From the NCBI GenBank assembly GCA_963745075.1, contig CAVUWV010000024.1:352001-416000 (forward strand): 64,000 nucleotides of DNA. Reading direction: 5' to 3'. Positions within the stretch are counted from its first letter, which is position 1, and each line of letters begins with the position of its first letter. The notes under the pieces were generated by a model. That model saw only the letters and a program-made list of their open reading frames with translations, was not told the origin of the DNA and ran no database searches. This document shows positions 30,093-41,142 of the stretch, one piece after another. A program made the position numbers and the translations under genes. The stretch is from Candidatus Hydrogenedentota bacterium (GTDB taxonomy: Bacteria; Hydrogenedentota; Hydrogenedentia; Hydrogenedentales; SLHB01).

Positions 30093-31613
30093 ATGAGTCT
30101 ATTGGGATTGGATGTGGGGACCACGGGGACGAAAGCCGTCGCCTTCGATTTGGACGGGCGCATGTTGGCGTCCGCGTACCGGGAGTATCCCTTGCGGTCG
30201 CCGCGGCCCGGCTGGCAGGAGTTGGACCCCGACGAAGTCTGGGCCAACGTGCGCGAAGTCCTCGCCGAAGTCGCGTCCAAGACCAAGGGCAATCCCATCA
30301 AAGCCATGGCCATGTCCGCCCAGGGCGAAGCGGTCCACGCCGTCGATAAGAACGGCAAATGCCTCACGCCGAGTCTCGTCACCTTCGACGGCCGCACCGC
30401 CGACATGCCCGCGTGGTGGCTCGAACGCAAATCCCGCATGGACCTCGCCCAACTCACCGGCATGCCGCTCCACGGCATGTACACCATCAACAAGATCATG
30501 TGGTTCAAAGAGCACCAGCCCGAGGTCTACGCCAAGGCCGCGAAATTCCTGTGCTACGAAGACTACGTCCAATACCGCCTCGGTGTGCCCCCCACCATGA
30601 GTCACAGCCTCGCCGGACGCACCATGGCCCTCGACGCGAAAGCGGGGGAGTGGTCCAGCGAAATCCTGTCGATTGCCGGCGTAGACCCTGACCTGCTCCC
30701 CGCTACGGCCCCTTCCGGAACCGCCGTGGGTGAAATTCCCGACGCCATCGCCGACGACATTGGCCTGCCCCACGGCATCGTCATCGCGACCGGTGGCCAC
30801 GACCAGCCCGCGGGTGCCCTCGGCGCGGGAATATTGGAAGGGGGAGAGGCCGTCTACGCCACCGGCACCGTCGAATGCCTGTGCCCCATATTCCCGGATT
30901 TCACCATGGACGAGCAGATGGCCGGCAACAACATCTGCTGCTATCCGAGTTGCGTTCCGGGTCTCTATGCCTCTATCGCCTTTAACTTTACGGGCGGCTC
31001 CCTACTCAAGTGGTACCGCGACACCTTTGCCGAGGAGGAGAAGCGTCTCGCCGCCGAATCCGGGCGCGACGTCTACGACATCATCTGCGAAAACGTCCCC
31101 CTCGAACCCGAAAACCTGCTGGTCTTACCCCACTTCACCATGACCGGAACGCCCCATTTCGATACGGCCAGCCGCGGGGCCATTCTGGGCCTGACCCTCC
31201 AGTCCACGAAGGACGATATCGTGGCCGCGATACTTTCCGGCGTTACCTATGAAATGAAATTGAATCTTGCGATGTTACAGACAGCGGGAGTAGGTATTTC
31301 GCGGCTCCGAGCCATCGGAGGCGGCGCGAAAAGCCGGACCTGGATCCAGCGGAAAGCGGACATTATGGGCGTCCCGGTTGCCGTGTTACAGATTACGGAA
31401 GCGGCCTCGCTGGGCGTTGCCATGTTGGCAGGTCATGCGGTGGGGTTGTTGCCGGATCTTAAAGCAGCGGCCGACGCCATAGTAACGTTGGAAGACGTGT
31501 GTGAACCCGATGAGGGGAGAGTACGGCAGTTTGCCGAACGATTTGCGGTATTTCGGGACGTGTATCCCGCGCTCGGGAGCATCAATCACCAGTTGGCGGC
31601 ATTTGACGAATAG
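30093..31613 (+). CDS. FGGY-family carbohydrate kinase (xylulokinase-like)
   Basis: LGLDVGTTGTKA, PRPGWQELDP, GGHDQPAGALGAG, ATGT, GGSLLKWYRD, GGGAKS motifs; GGAGG SD. Confidence 0.9.
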   Translation: MSLLGLDVGTTGTKAVAFDLDGRMLASAYREYPLRSPRPGWQELDPDEVWANVREVLAEVASKTKGNPIKAMAMSAQGEAVHAVDKNGKCLTPSLVTFDGRTADMPAWWLERKSRMDLAQLTGMPLHGMYTINKIMWFKEHQPEVYAKAAKFLCYEDYVQYRLGVPPTMSHSLAGRTMALDAKAGEWSSEILSIAGVDPDLLPATAPSGTAVGEIPDAIADDIGLPHGIVIATGGHDQPAGALGAGILEGGEAVYATGTVECLCPIFPDFTMDEQMAGNNICCYPSCVPGLYASIAFNFTGGSLLKWYRDTFAEEEKRLAAESGRDVYDIICENVPLEPENLLVLPHFTMTGTPHFDTASRGAILGLTLQSTKDDIVAAILSGVTYEMKLNLAMLQTAGVGISRLRAIGGGAKSRTWIQRKADIMGVPVAVLQITEAASLGVAMLAGHAVGLLPDLKAAADAIVTLEDVCEPDEGRVRQFAERFAVFRDVYPALGSINHQLAAFDE

Positions 31614-31629
31614 GGCAGGGTAGACGAAA

Positions 31630-32391
31630 GTGAGTTCTCGCAAACGATGGAGCAGCATTTACCAGGGGGAGAATCCCTTCGGTCTGCTGCGAACGATCAA
31701 CGACGAATTGGGGCTCTGCGCCAAACGGGCGCAAGAGCAACAGAACGGCCGCATCAAATACCTTTGGATGTACCTTTCGGACGCGTCCGCATACGAGTCA
31801 TCCGACGAGGAAAATCGCCCGCTGTCACTCGATGAACTGCTCGATATTATCGACGAATGCGCCGCCGCCGGGTCGGAAAGCCTCATCATCAGCATCAGTT
31901 CCTCATTCGCCGATCATCCGCACCTGTTTCAGGTGTGCGACTGGGTGCAAGCGACCCACGACATGGTCGTGGGCATTCACCTTCACGCCACGCCGCTGAC
32001 CGATCGCGACGCCGCCGCGCTGCAGAAGCTGGATACCGATCGGGTCCGCCTTTTTGTCGATGGCGAATACATGGATACCGCGCACCACGCCGAAAAATAT
32101 GGCTTCCGCGTTTACAACGCCGACGGGTTTGACGACGAAATCGTATCGCCGAAATGCGAACTTCCGCACACCATGGCCTGTATCGGACCGAAAGGCAATC
32201 TCTACACCTGTGGACTCGTTCTGGGCGAGGAACAGTTCCAGATGGGGCACTTCTTCGAGCGCAAGCTCAGTGCCGTGATGGACGATTCTTCGCTTCCCCA
32301 TGAAATCCCCGAAGGGGTTTCCAAAGCCTCGCGGCGATGCAACGGGTGCCCGCCGCTGATGGCACAGAAGCTGCACGACGACATGGGGTGA
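31630..32391 (+). CDS. Radical-SAM-like protein lacking CxxxCxxC, with SPASM-like Cys-rich C-terminus
   Basis: LSLDELLDIIDECAAAGSESLIIS resembles the radical SAM helix/strand; C-terminal KCELP..ACIGPKGNLYTC...MG...RCNGCPP. Confidence 0.6.
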   Translation: MSSRKRWSSIYQGENPFGLLRTINDELGLCAKRAQEQQNGRIKYLWMYLSDASAYESSDEENRPLSLDELLDIIDECAAAGSESLIISISSSFADHPHLFQVCDWVQATHDMVVGIHLHATPLTDRDAAALQKLDTDRVRLFVDGEYMDTAHHAEKYGFRVYNADGFDDEIVSPKCELPHTMACIGPKGNLYTCGLVLGEEQFQMGHFFERKLSAVMDDSSLPHEIPEGVSKASRRCNGCPPLMAQKLHDDMG

Positions 32392-32510
32392 TACCGTCAG
32401 CCGAAGCGGCGACGCAGCGCGATCGAGCGACCGATACGACGGTCTTCGCGAGGATGAGATTCGGGGGCGCAGGTCCACGTAACACCTTCACCGCAAACGG
32501 TGTGCGTTTC

Positions 32511-32539
32511 TTGACACCCCGATCCCCGTATGCTATCAT
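32511..32539 (+). promoter_or_regulatory. Sigma70 promoter of the tRNA-tig operon
   Basis: TTGACA-N17-TATCAT with TGn extended -10, 16 nt before tRNA-Gly. Confidence 0.75.
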
Positions 32540-32555
32540 TCCCGTCGCTCAGTGA

Positions 32556-32630
<75 letters not shown>

Positions 32631-32682
32631 TTTTTTTTGTACCGGCGTGCGCCGTTCGGTGCGCGGTTCAGATTGTGGGCGT

Positions 32683-32758
32683 GGGCCGCTAGCTCAGTTG
32701 GTAGAGCAGGTGACTCTTAATCACAAGGTCGGGGGTTCGATCCCCTCGCGGCCCACCA
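32683..32758 (+). tRNA. tRNA-Lys(CTT)
   Basis: GGGCCGC...GCGGCCCACCA, anticodon loop CTCTTAA, GGTTCGATCCC. Confidence 0.96.
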
Positions 32759-32841
32759 TTTTTTCATTGCGGATTTCCGGAGATGCGGGGCGTGTTTGCC
32801 TGAAGGCGGCCACGGACCCCAACAGAAACCCTGGGCACTCC

Positions 32842-32926
<85 letters not shown>

Positions 32927-32948
32927 ACCATGAAGCGACAAGACGACC

Positions 32949-34398
32949 ATGGCAGAGAATGATTCGACCGATACCGGCGTAGCCGAAGAAGAAGAAACCC
33001 ACGCGGATCACGAACACGATCACGATCACGACCATGATGACGATGAGATCTCGTTCGTCGAAGATCCCACCTTTACCATCGACTACAAAGGCGAATGCGC
33101 CTACGAGGTGAAAGTCTCGATTCCCGCCGGCCAACAGGCAAAAACAGGCCGACGAAATGTATGACGAGCTTCGCCACGAGGCCGAGGTCCCGGGCTTTCG
33201 CCGCGGGCGCGCGCCCCGGCGCATCATCGAGAAGCGATTCGCCAAAGTCGTCCACTCCGAAGTCGACGCGAAACTCGTCAGCGCCGCCTTCCGCAAACTG
33301 ATCAAAGACGAGGATCTCCGTCCCATCCGTTTTCCGGACATCGACGGGCTCGATGAAGAGACCGAACGGAAAGAGGACGAGGCCCTCGAGTTCACGCTCA
33401 AGTTCGAGGTCGCTCCCAAGGTCGAGTTGGGCAAATACCGGGGTGTTAAAGTTGAGCGTCCCGTTGTCACCGTTGACGAAAAAGACGTGAACGAAGCGCT
33501 CGAAGAAATGCGCGGCCGCTATGCCACCTTCGAAACCGTCGAAGACGCCAAGGCTGCCGAGGGTGACCAGGTCGTCATCGATTTCAACGGCCTCATCGAC
33601 GGCGAGCAGTTCCCCGGCGGAGCGGCCCATGACTATCCCTACATCCTCGGCACGAAACGCTTTTTCCCCGAGTTCGAGAAGAAGCTGCTGAAGAGTTCGG
33701 CGGGCGACGAACTGACCTGCAAAGTCACCCTTCCCAAAGACGGACCCAACGAGGACCTACGCGGGAAGAAAGCGACTTTCACGATCAATGTAAAAGAGGT
33801 CAAGCGCCGCAATCTCCCGGAACTCGACGACGACTTTGCCAAGCAGGTGGGCGCCGAAAACGTCGAAGGCCTTCGCGAACGGATCATCACCCAGCTTCGC
33901 GAGAATTCGTCCGAGACCAGCGAGCGAATCGCCCGCACCAGCGCCCTCGACGCCGTCGTCAAGAAATGCACGTACGAAATCCCCAAGACTCTCATTGACG
34001 ACGTTGCCCGCACCCACTACGAAGAAGAAATCCGCCGCCTGATCCAGATGCGCGTGCCCGTCGATCAAATCGAGTCCCGCATGGAAGAAATCCGGAAGCA
34101 GGCCGAAGAGTCCGCCGTGGAAGAGATCAAGCGCACGGTCACCCTCACCGAGATTGGCGAAGCCGAAGGGATTGAAGTCACCGACGCGGATTTCGAATCC
34201 GAAATTACCAATATTTCCCGGCAGACCGGGGTGGACTCCGACACGGTCAGCCAGTATCTGTCGGAAGAAGCCGACCGCCGGAACACATACGAAGGCCGGA
34301 TCTTCCGCGCCAAGGCCATGGACCTCATCATGGAGCACGCCAAGGTCACCGACAAGGAAGTGCCCCGCGAAGAAATTGAGGAAGACAACAACGCATGA
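32949..34398 (+). CDS. tig: Trigger factor (apparent +1 frameshift near 33129; His/Asp-rich N-terminal extension)
   Basis: [10 protein letters not shown] ribosome-binding signature, FKBP domain ([20 protein letters not shown]), [10 protein letters not shown]; lies between tRNA-Leu and clpP. Confidence 0.92.
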
Positions 34399-35000
34399 AT
34401 AGCCGTATGAGACATCCTCTCGACGTTCAAGCCGTCACCATCTACGAGCAGACCAGCCGTGGGGAACGGCCCTACGATATCTATTCGAAGCTTCTGGCGG
34501 ACCGCATCATTTTCCTCGGCATGCCCATCGACGACTACGTCGCCAATTACATCATCGCCCAGATGCTCTTCCTGGAAGCCGAGGATCCCGACAAGGACGT
34601 CTACCTCTACATCAATTCGCCCGGCGGCAGCGTCACGGCCGGGCTCGCAATTTACGACACCATGCAATACATCCGCCCGAGCGTTTCCACGATCTGCCTC
34701 GGCCAGGCCGCCAGTATGGGGGCCGTTCTCATGTGCGCCGGCGAAAAGACCAAGCGCTTTGCCCTGCCCTATTCCCGCTTCCTGCTTCATCAGCCCATGG
34801 GCGGTATCCAGGGGCAGGCCTCCGATATCGATATCCAGGCGCGTGAGATCATGCGCATTGGCGAGATGATAGATGAGATTCTCGTCAAGCATACCGGACA
34901 ACCCATCGAGAACATCCAGCGCGACAGCGACCGGGACTTCTTCATGGGCGCCGAGGAAGCGCGCGAATATGGAATCGTCGACGAAATTCTGCACCGTTAA
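34395..35000 (+). CDS. clpP: ATP-dependent Clp protease proteolytic subunit
   Basis: [52 protein letters not shown]. Confidence 0.97.
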   Translation: MNSRMRHPLDVQAVTIYEQTSRGERPYDIYSKLLADRIIFLGMPIDDYVANYIIAQMLFLEAEDPDKDVYLYINSPGGSVTAGLAIYDTMQYIRPSVSTICLGQAASMGAVLMCAGEKTKRFALPYSRFLLHQPMGGIQGQASDIDIQAREIMRIGEMIDEILVKHTGQPIENIQRDSDRDFFMGAEEAREYGIVDEILHR

Positions 35001-35154
35001 ACCCATGCCCCGAAGTTCGACGCAACCCCGCGTGACACTTCGTGGATTCATCGTATGTGCCCTCTGGAGGAGCCAAAGGGTTGCACCTTTTGCCCTTAAG
35101 CTGGCACAATGAAGTGAAGTCAGCAGCGATCAAACGGGCTCGGCAAGAAAACTG

Positions 35155-35183
35155 TTGACAAAAAGACCTTAAACTGCTATAAG
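35155..35183 (+). promoter_or_regulatory. Sigma70 promoter of clpX
   Basis: TTGACA-N17-TATAAG with TGn extended -10. Confidence 0.7.
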
Positions 35184-35218
35184 ACTCCTGGACATGGCAG
35201 TTCATAAGGGAGGTTTCT

Positions 35219-36493
35219 ATGGCCCCACATCGCGCCCGAGGTGATGTACATACCTGTTCATTCTGTGGCAAGCGGCACGATGAAGTCAGCAAGCTTATCG
35301 CCGGCCCCGACGTCAATATCTGCGACGAGTGCGTCAGCCTTTGCAGCGAAATCGTGGCCGAAGACCGGGCCCGAAAAGGGGTCACCAAGAGTCTCCGCGT
35401 CCCCAAGCCCGCCGAAATCAAAGATTTCCTCGACCAGTACGTCATCGGCCAGGACCGCGCCAAGCGCATCCTGTCCGTCGCCGTCCACAATCACTACAAA
35501 CGCATCGCCGCCGGGGGCGAAATCGACGGCGTCGAAATCCAAAAATCCAACGTACTACTCATCGGCCCTTCCGGTTGCGGTAAGACCCTGATGGCGCAGA
35601 CCTTGGCGCGTCTCCTCGACGTGCCGTTCGCAGTCGTCGACGCCACGACCCTGACCGAGGCCGGCTACGTCGGCGACGACGTCGAAAACATCATTCTCAA
35701 GCTACTTCAGGCCGCCGATTTCGACCAGGGCCGCGCCGAGATGGGTATCGTCTACGTCGACGAAATCGACAAGATCCACCGTAAGAGCGACAGCCCGTCG
35801 ATCACGCGCGACGTTTCCGGCGAGGGAGTCCAGCAGGCCTTGCTGAAGCTGCTCGAAGGTTCCGTCGCCAACGTGCCACCCCAAGGCGGCCGCAAGCATC
35901 CGCAGCAGGAGTGCATCCAGGTCGACACCACCAACATCTTATTCATCTGCGGCGGCGCCTTTAACGGATTGGAGCAGACCATCGAACGCCGCACCCGTAA
36001 GTCGGTGATTGGGTTCAACGCGGACATTCAGAGCCGCCGCGACCGGCGCATCGGCGAAATCCTCGCCATGGTGGAACCCGAAGACTTGATCAAGTTCGGG
36101 ATGATCCCCGAGTTCTCCGGGCGGCTTCCCGTCATTGCGACCTTGCATGAACTTTCAAAAGACGATTTGATCCGCATCTTGACCGAACCCAAAAACGCGA
36201 TCATTCGTCAATACCAGAAACTCTTCCAGTTGGAGAACGTCAAACTCCACTTCAAAGATGAAACCATCGAAACCATCGCCGAATTCGCCATCGAGAAAGA
36301 CACGGGCGCGCGCGGTCTCCGCAGCATCATCGAGGAGGCGATGAACGATATTATGTACGACATTCCCTCGCGCAAGGACGTGCGGGAATGTATCGTCACC
36401 TCCGGCGTGATTCGCGACGGTGAAGAACCGCTGCTGGTGTACGAACACGAAGACGAGTACGGCGACGAGACGGGCCGTTCGGCCATGGCCTGA
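35219..36493 (+). CDS. clpX: ATP-dependent Clp protease ATP-binding subunit
   Basis: CSFCGK...ICDECVSLC zinc finger, [43 protein letters not shown]. Confidence 0.98.
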   Translation: MAPHRARGDVHTCSFCGKRHDEVSKLIAGPDVNICDECVSLCSEIVAEDRARKGVTKSLRVPKPAEIKDFLDQYVIGQDRAKRILSVAVHNHYKRIAAGGEIDGVEIQKSNVLLIGPSGCGKTLMAQTLARLLDVPFAVVDATTLTEAGYVGDDVENIILKLLQAADFDQGRAEMGIVYVDEIDKIHRKSDSPSITRDVSGEGVQQALLKLLEGSVANVPPQGGRKHPQQECIQVDTTNILFICGGAFNGLEQTIERRTRKSVIGFNADIQSRRDRRIGEILAMVEPEDLIKFGMIPEFSGRLPVIATLHELSKDDLIRILTEPKNAIIRQYQKLFQLENVKLHFKDETIETIAEFAIEKDTGARGLRSIIEEAMNDIMYDIPSRKDVRECIVTSGVIRDGEEPLLVYEHEDEYGDETGRSAMA

Positions 36494-36569
36494 TCGGGTC
36501 TAATCCACGGCGTCTTCTGTCATAAGACCCTCAATGTTTCCTGGCGCAAGAGGGTGCACCACTTTGGAG

Positions 36570-36601
36570 CCGGAAGGGCCTGGTCCCTTCCGGTCTTTTT
36601 T
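36570..36601 (+). terminator. Rho-independent terminator after clpX
   Basis: CCGGAAGGG-cctggt-CCCTTCCGG stem followed by TCTTTTTT. Confidence 0.75.
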
Positions 36602-36793
36602 GCGTTTACCGCAGGCCGGCTAGCCGCCGGTTGCCGCGGCGTGTGATCGAATTCGTTCCGAGTGAGCCAGACTTTATACTGAATAATGCCGGGCGCATTG
36701 CCGCTGTACGTTCCGTGCGTGCAAAAGCCCCAAACCAATTTGTAGATCGAACCGGCCGGACCGCATTCGTCCGGACGGCGTGGAGATTCCTCG

Positions 36794-39208
36794 ATGCCTG
36801 CGAAACGAAAACCCAGGAAGACGGCCCCCGCGGAGCGATTCCCCTTGCTCCCCTTGAAGGATGTGGTTGTCTTTCCCCGCATGGTCGTGCCGCTCTTGGT
36901 GGGTCGCCAGCAATCGCTGATCGCCGTCGAAGAAGCCCTCGCGACAGGGAGCCCCCTTTTCCTCTGCACTCAACGGGATCCCGCAGTCGAAACTCCCAGC
37001 GCCGATGAGCTGTACACCATTGGCGTGGCCGCCGGGATTCTCCAGACCCTTCGCATGCCCGACGGCACCATGAAAGTCGTGATCGAGGGGCTCGGGCGGG
37101 GACGCGCCGGGCGCATGCGCGACCGCGACGGGTTCGTCGAGATCACCGTTACCCGTCTCGATGAGGTTAATTTCGAAGGCGAAAACGCGGAAGCCTTAAT
37201 GCGAACCACCCTCGGTCAGTTCGAGCAATATAGCCGGCAAAGCGGACGCGTTGCTCCCGAGGTGGTCGCTTCCCTGAAAGGCGTTAACGAGGCAAACACC
37301 TTGTGCGACCTCATCTGCGCCTATATGCCCTTGCGCGTCGAGGAACGGCAGGAACTCCTCGAGAGCGTGCCGGTCAAGGATCGATTGGAACTGCTGTCTT
37401 CGTTTCTCATGCGCGAGATTGAAATGCTCGACATGGAACGGCGTGTCCGCGACCGAATCCGCGAGCAGATGGACCGAAGCCAGCGCGAGTACTACCTTCA
37501 CGAGCAGCTTAAAGCGATCCACCAGGAACTTGGCCAGCGCGAAGGCGGAGACGAGCTGACCGAACTCCGCGAAATGATCGACAAAGCCGCGATGCCCAAG
37601 GAAGTCCGTGAGAAAGCCGTCCGCGAACTCGGACGTTTCGAGCGGATGCCTGCCATGAGCCCGGAAAGCGCGATCATTCGCACCTACCTCGAATGGCTCG
37701 TGGACGTTCCCTGGAAGAAACGGACCCGCGACGCCCTGGACCTGGTGAAGGCCCGAAAGGCTTTGGACGAAGACCATTACGGCCTCGACAAGGTTAAAGA
37801 GCGAATCCTCGAGTTCCTCGCGGTCCGCAAGCTCAGTCGCAGCACTCGCGGGCCCATCCTTTGCCTCGTCGGCCCCCCGGGCGTCGGGAAAACTTCCCTG
37901 GGCAAATCCATCGCCCGCGCCATGGGACGCAAGTTCGTGCGCGTCTCCCTCGGCGGCGTGCGTGACGAAGCGGAAATCCGCGGGCACCGCCGCACGTATA
38001 TTGGCGCCTTGCCCGGTCGGGTCATACAAAGCATGAAAAAGGTTGGCGTCAAGAACCCCGTCTTCATGCTCGACGAAATCGATAAAATGAGCATGGACTT
38101 TCGCGGCGACCCCTCTTCGGCACTGCTCGAAGTGCTGGACCCGGAGCAGAACCAGACCTTCAGCGATCACTACATGGAAGTGGACTTCGACCTCCACGAG
38201 GTCTTCTTCATCACCACGGCCAACAGCGAGTATGAAATCCCCGAACCCCTTCACGACCGTATGGAGGTGGTGCGTCTTTCGGGATACACCATGCACGAGA
38301 AAGAGCACATCGCTCGCCTCTTCCTCGTCCCGAAACAACGTATCGAAGCGGGATTGAAAGAAGGCGTCATTCGATTCGCGGATGACGGTCTCCAGACCAT
38401 CATCCGGCGATACACCCGCGAAGCCGGCGTGCGCGAATTAGAGCGTCAGATCGCCCGCATCTGCCGGAAGATCGCGCATAAGGTCGTAACCACAAAACGA
38501 AAAAAACGATTCGTCGTGGACGGGAAGTTCGTCCAGGAACTGCTTGGTCCGCCCGAGTACTCCGATTTGCGGGCCGATGAAAATCCCCAGCCCGGCGTCG
38601 CGGTCGGTTTAGCCTGGACCTGGGCCGGCGGCGACATTCTCCACATCGAAACCAGCACGATGCCCGGAAAAGGAAACTTGACCCTCACCGGACAACTCGG
38701 CGACGTGATGAAGGAATCGGCGCAGGCCGCCTACACCTACCTGCGTGCCCACGCAAAAGCGCTGCGGATTCCCGTTCACTTCTACCGCAACGTGGACATG
38801 CACATCCACATCCCCGAAGGCGCCATACCCAAGGACGGCCCGTCCGCCGGGGTCTCCCTCGCGGTATCCATTGCGTCTGCCCTGCGCAACAAGGCCCCGA
38901 GCCCCGCCGTGGCCATGACCGGTGAAATCACCTTGCGGGGCCGCGTGCTCGAAGTCGGAGGAATCAAGGAAAAAGTCCTCGCCGCGCACCGGGCCGGCAT
39001 CAAGAAAATCATTATGCCCGCAGAAAATGAAAAGGACCTTCTCGAAGTTCCCCAGGAAGTGAAATCCGACATAACCTTTGTTTTCGTAAAAGAGGTCGAC
39101 GAAGTCGTGCGCACCGCCTTCGACGACACCGCCAAGCGCCGCGCCCGGACCAAGGCCAAAACGAAGACCAAGAAACGCACACCTGCGCGACGGACTCCAC
39201 GCAAATGA
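36794..39208 (+). CDS. lon: Endopeptidase La (Lon protease)
   Basis: PLLPLKDVVVFP, GPPGVGKTSLG, DEAEIRGHRRTYIGALPG, PKDGPSAG catalytic Ser, GGIKEK. Confidence 0.98.
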   Translation: MPAKRKPRKTAPAERFPLLPLKDVVVFPRMVVPLLVGRQQSLIAVEEALATGSPLFLCTQRDPAVETPSADELYTIGVAAGILQTLRMPDGTMKVVIEGLGRGRAGRMRDRDGFVEITVTRLDEVNFEGENAEALMRTTLGQFEQYSRQSGRVAPEVVASLKGVNEANTLCDLICAYMPLRVEERQELLESVPVKDRLELLSSFLMREIEMLDMERRVRDRIREQMDRSQREYYLHEQLKAIHQELGQREGGDELTELREMIDKAAMPKEVREKAVRELGRFERMPAMSPESAIIRTYLEWLVDVPWKKRTRDALDLVKARKALDEDHYGLDKVKERILEFLAVRKLSRSTRGPILCLVGPPGVGKTSLGKSIARAMGRKFVRVSLGGVRDEAEIRGHRRTYIGALPGRVIQSMKKVGVKNPVFMLDEIDKMSMDFRGDPSSALLEVLDPEQNQTFSDHYMEVDFDLHEVFFITTANSEYEIPEPLHDRMEVVRLSGYTMHEKEHIARLFLVPKQRIEAGLKEGVIRFADDGLQTIIRRYTREAGVRELERQIARICRKIAHKVVTTKRKKRFVVDGKFVQELLGPPEYSDLRADENPQPGVAVGLAWTWAGGDILHIETSTMPGKGNLTLTGQLGDVMKESAQAAYTYLRAHAKALRIPVHFYRNVDMHIHIPEGAIPKDGPSAGVSLAVSIASALRNKAPSPAVAMTGEITLRGRVLEVGGIKEKVLAAHRAGIKKIIMPAENEKDLLEVPQEVKSDITFVFVKEVDEVVRTAFDDTAKRRARTKAKTKTKKRTPARRTPRK

Positions 39209-39888
39209 AGGTACTTTCCACCACGTTCGTCAAGAGTGCCCTGCGCCCGGACCACTATCCCCGGGATGGCCGCCCCGAGATCGCATTTGTCGGGCGGTCG
39301 AATGTGGGCAAGTCCACCATGCTTAACACGCTACTTAATCGCCGGGGGCTCGCCAAGACCAGTAAGACGCCGGGCAAAACCCAGACCGTCAACTTCTTCG
39401 ACGTAAACGGTTCGTTTTACTTCGTCGACCTGCCGGGCTACGGATACGCCAAGGTCTCCAAGTCGCTCCAGCAGAAATGGGCGAAAATCCTCACGGACTA
39501 CCTCATCGACCGGCCGCCTCTCCGGCTGGTGGTCCAGTTGGTCGACAGTCGGCACAAACCCGGCGCGAACGACCATCACTTGCTCGATCTGGTCGAACAA
39601 GCGGAAGTCCCCACCGTACTCGTGGCCACCAAAACCGACAAACTCAAATCGGCCGAATTGGCACGCCTGCCTAAATCGCTGCGCGAACACCTCGGTCTCG
39701 AGGAGGACGCGCTCATCGTTCCGTTCTCTTCCATGACGAAGAGCGGCGTCAAACTGCTGTGGGAACGTCATCAGAAGACCAGTTGGGTCCCGCTTCCTGA
39801 CAGATTTCGCAGTATTTGGGATCCTTCGTTTTATCTGTTTCATTTTGCCCTCATCAACTGTACAATGAGTGAAGTTCTTGGGAAATGA
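39205..39888 (+). CDS. engB: Ribosome biogenesis GTPase YihA/YsxC (C-terminus probably extended by indels; likely true stop at 39800)
   Basis: GRSNVGKS, TSKTPGKTQ, VDLPGYGYA, TKTDK; follows lon. Confidence 0.95.
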   Translation: MKVLSTTFVKSALRPDHYPRDGRPEIAFVGRSNVGKSTMLNTLLNRRGLAKTSKTPGKTQTVNFFDVNGSFYFVDLPGYGYAKVSKSLQQKWAKILTDYLIDRPPLRLVVQLVDSRHKPGANDHHLLDLVEQAEVPTVLVATKTDKLKSAELARLPKSLREHLGLEEDALIVPFSSMTKSGVKLLWERHQKTSWVPLPDRFRSIWDPSFYLFHFALINCTMSEVLGK

Positions 39889-39927
39889 CGTGTTGAGGCC
39901 GTGACGTGCATTCATTGGGAGTCGTGA

Positions 39928-41040
39928 ATGGACATCTTCAAGCGCATTACCGATCTGTTGACCCCGCCACCTCAGAAGGCAAGCGCAACATCAAGCACAG
40001 AGCCAAATGAAGATTCTCCGGAAGCGGAAGCTGTCCCCACCGTAAACCTGGGCCGGTCGGTGAAGGCACTCGTTTCCGCGCCGGCGCTGGAGCACCCGCA
40101 AGCCCTAGAGGCGATTGCCGAATTAAAACAAATCGCTGCAACGTCGGGCCTCTACGTGGTGGCTTCCAAGGTGCGGTTCCAGTTGGATGCCATGCCGCGC
40201 GCCGATGTGAGCGGCGCCATCAACTGGAAAGATCGCGCGTACGTTCTTGCGGCGGACTTCATTTACCAGCACATCACGCGAGACCTTCGGGCCATCGAAG
40301 CACAGAACCGTCCGGTTGGCCCCAACATCTTCCGCAGTTACTGCAACGAACTGGTCGCGTGTCTGTTGTGTGGCAAGAACGTCCGTCGCGCCATCGAACT
40401 GCCGGTGCTGATCGTCGAGGACCTGTTGCACATGGCCGTTGCGTATGCCAACCGGCGCGATCGCTATCTCGAACTTGCTGATGTCGCTGCGAATGCCACC
40501 GTCACGCAAACGATGGCGAAGCTCGAAGCCGATCAGCGAGAACGCAACCGGCGCCGCCATGAAGACAAGCGCGGAGACATTCCATCAACGCCACCATCGG
40601 ACCCCACCGCCCGGTTGGACTCCGAATCGGTGCTTTACGCGAAACGGATTCAAGAGCAATTGGATCGAATTCGCCGTGAGCTTACGACCATTCCGCCGGT
40701 GCCGGTGCCGGCGGATCAGAACGATCGGGCCGCCGTTCTGCGGTTCGCCGACTACCTGCGCACGCTGATTGCGGTAGCCGACCGCGCGGCGTACGTGGCG
40801 TGTGTCGCTTTGCTTCAATCCCATCTCGGCGGTTTGTTGGCCCGGAGCAATGCCGGGGAGGCGGCCGCCCACTATCGTCAGGCCGCGCAGAAGCTCGAAA
40901 CCCTCGCCATATCCGAGCATAAACTGCTCTTTTCCAAGCTATGTGGGCGGCGATTGGCGCGCGCGGCCGAGTTGTACCTGCTGGTCGGTGATCAGGTTGC
41001 AGCCCAAAAGTGCCGGACCGCCTCCAAGAACGGGCACTGA
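39928..41040 (+). CDS. Hypothetical alpha-helical protein
   Basis: 370-aa ORF with GGGAG SD; Ala/Leu/Arg-rich helical pattern; no family recognised. Confidence 0.65.
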   Translation: MDIFKRITDLLTPPPQKASATSSTEPNEDSPEAEAVPTVNLGRSVKALVSAPALEHPQALEAIAELKQIAATSGLYVVASKVRFQLDAMPRADVSGAINWKDRAYVLAADFIYQHITRDLRAIEAQNRPVGPNIFRSYCNELVACLLCGKNVRRAIELPVLIVEDLLHMAVAYANRRDRYLELADVAANATVTQTMAKLEADQRERNRRRHEDKRGDIPSTPPSDPTARLDSESVLYAKRIQEQLDRIRRELTTIPPVPVPADQNDRAAVLRFADYLRTLIAVADRAAYVACVALLQSHLGGLLARSNAGEAAAHYRQAAQKLETLAISEHKLLFSKLCGRRLARAAELYLLVGDQVAAQKCRTASKNGH

Positions 41041-41142
41041 CGCCAACTCGTCCTCGTCCCCTGCACCGTGGTACCATGGCACCGTTTCCAAGAGTCGCTT
41101 GGTACATGGTGAAACCACGCCGTCTCGCCGCAAGGAGCGCGC

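Noticed and set aside
33120..33160. Programmed frameshift in tig
   Set aside because: No slippery heptamer at the inferred break; same +1 pattern as other probable assembly errors.
35000..36790. CIRCE or other heat-shock operators around clpP/clpX/lon
   Set aside because: No TTAGCACTC-N9-GAGTGCTAA or comparable repeat found by eye.
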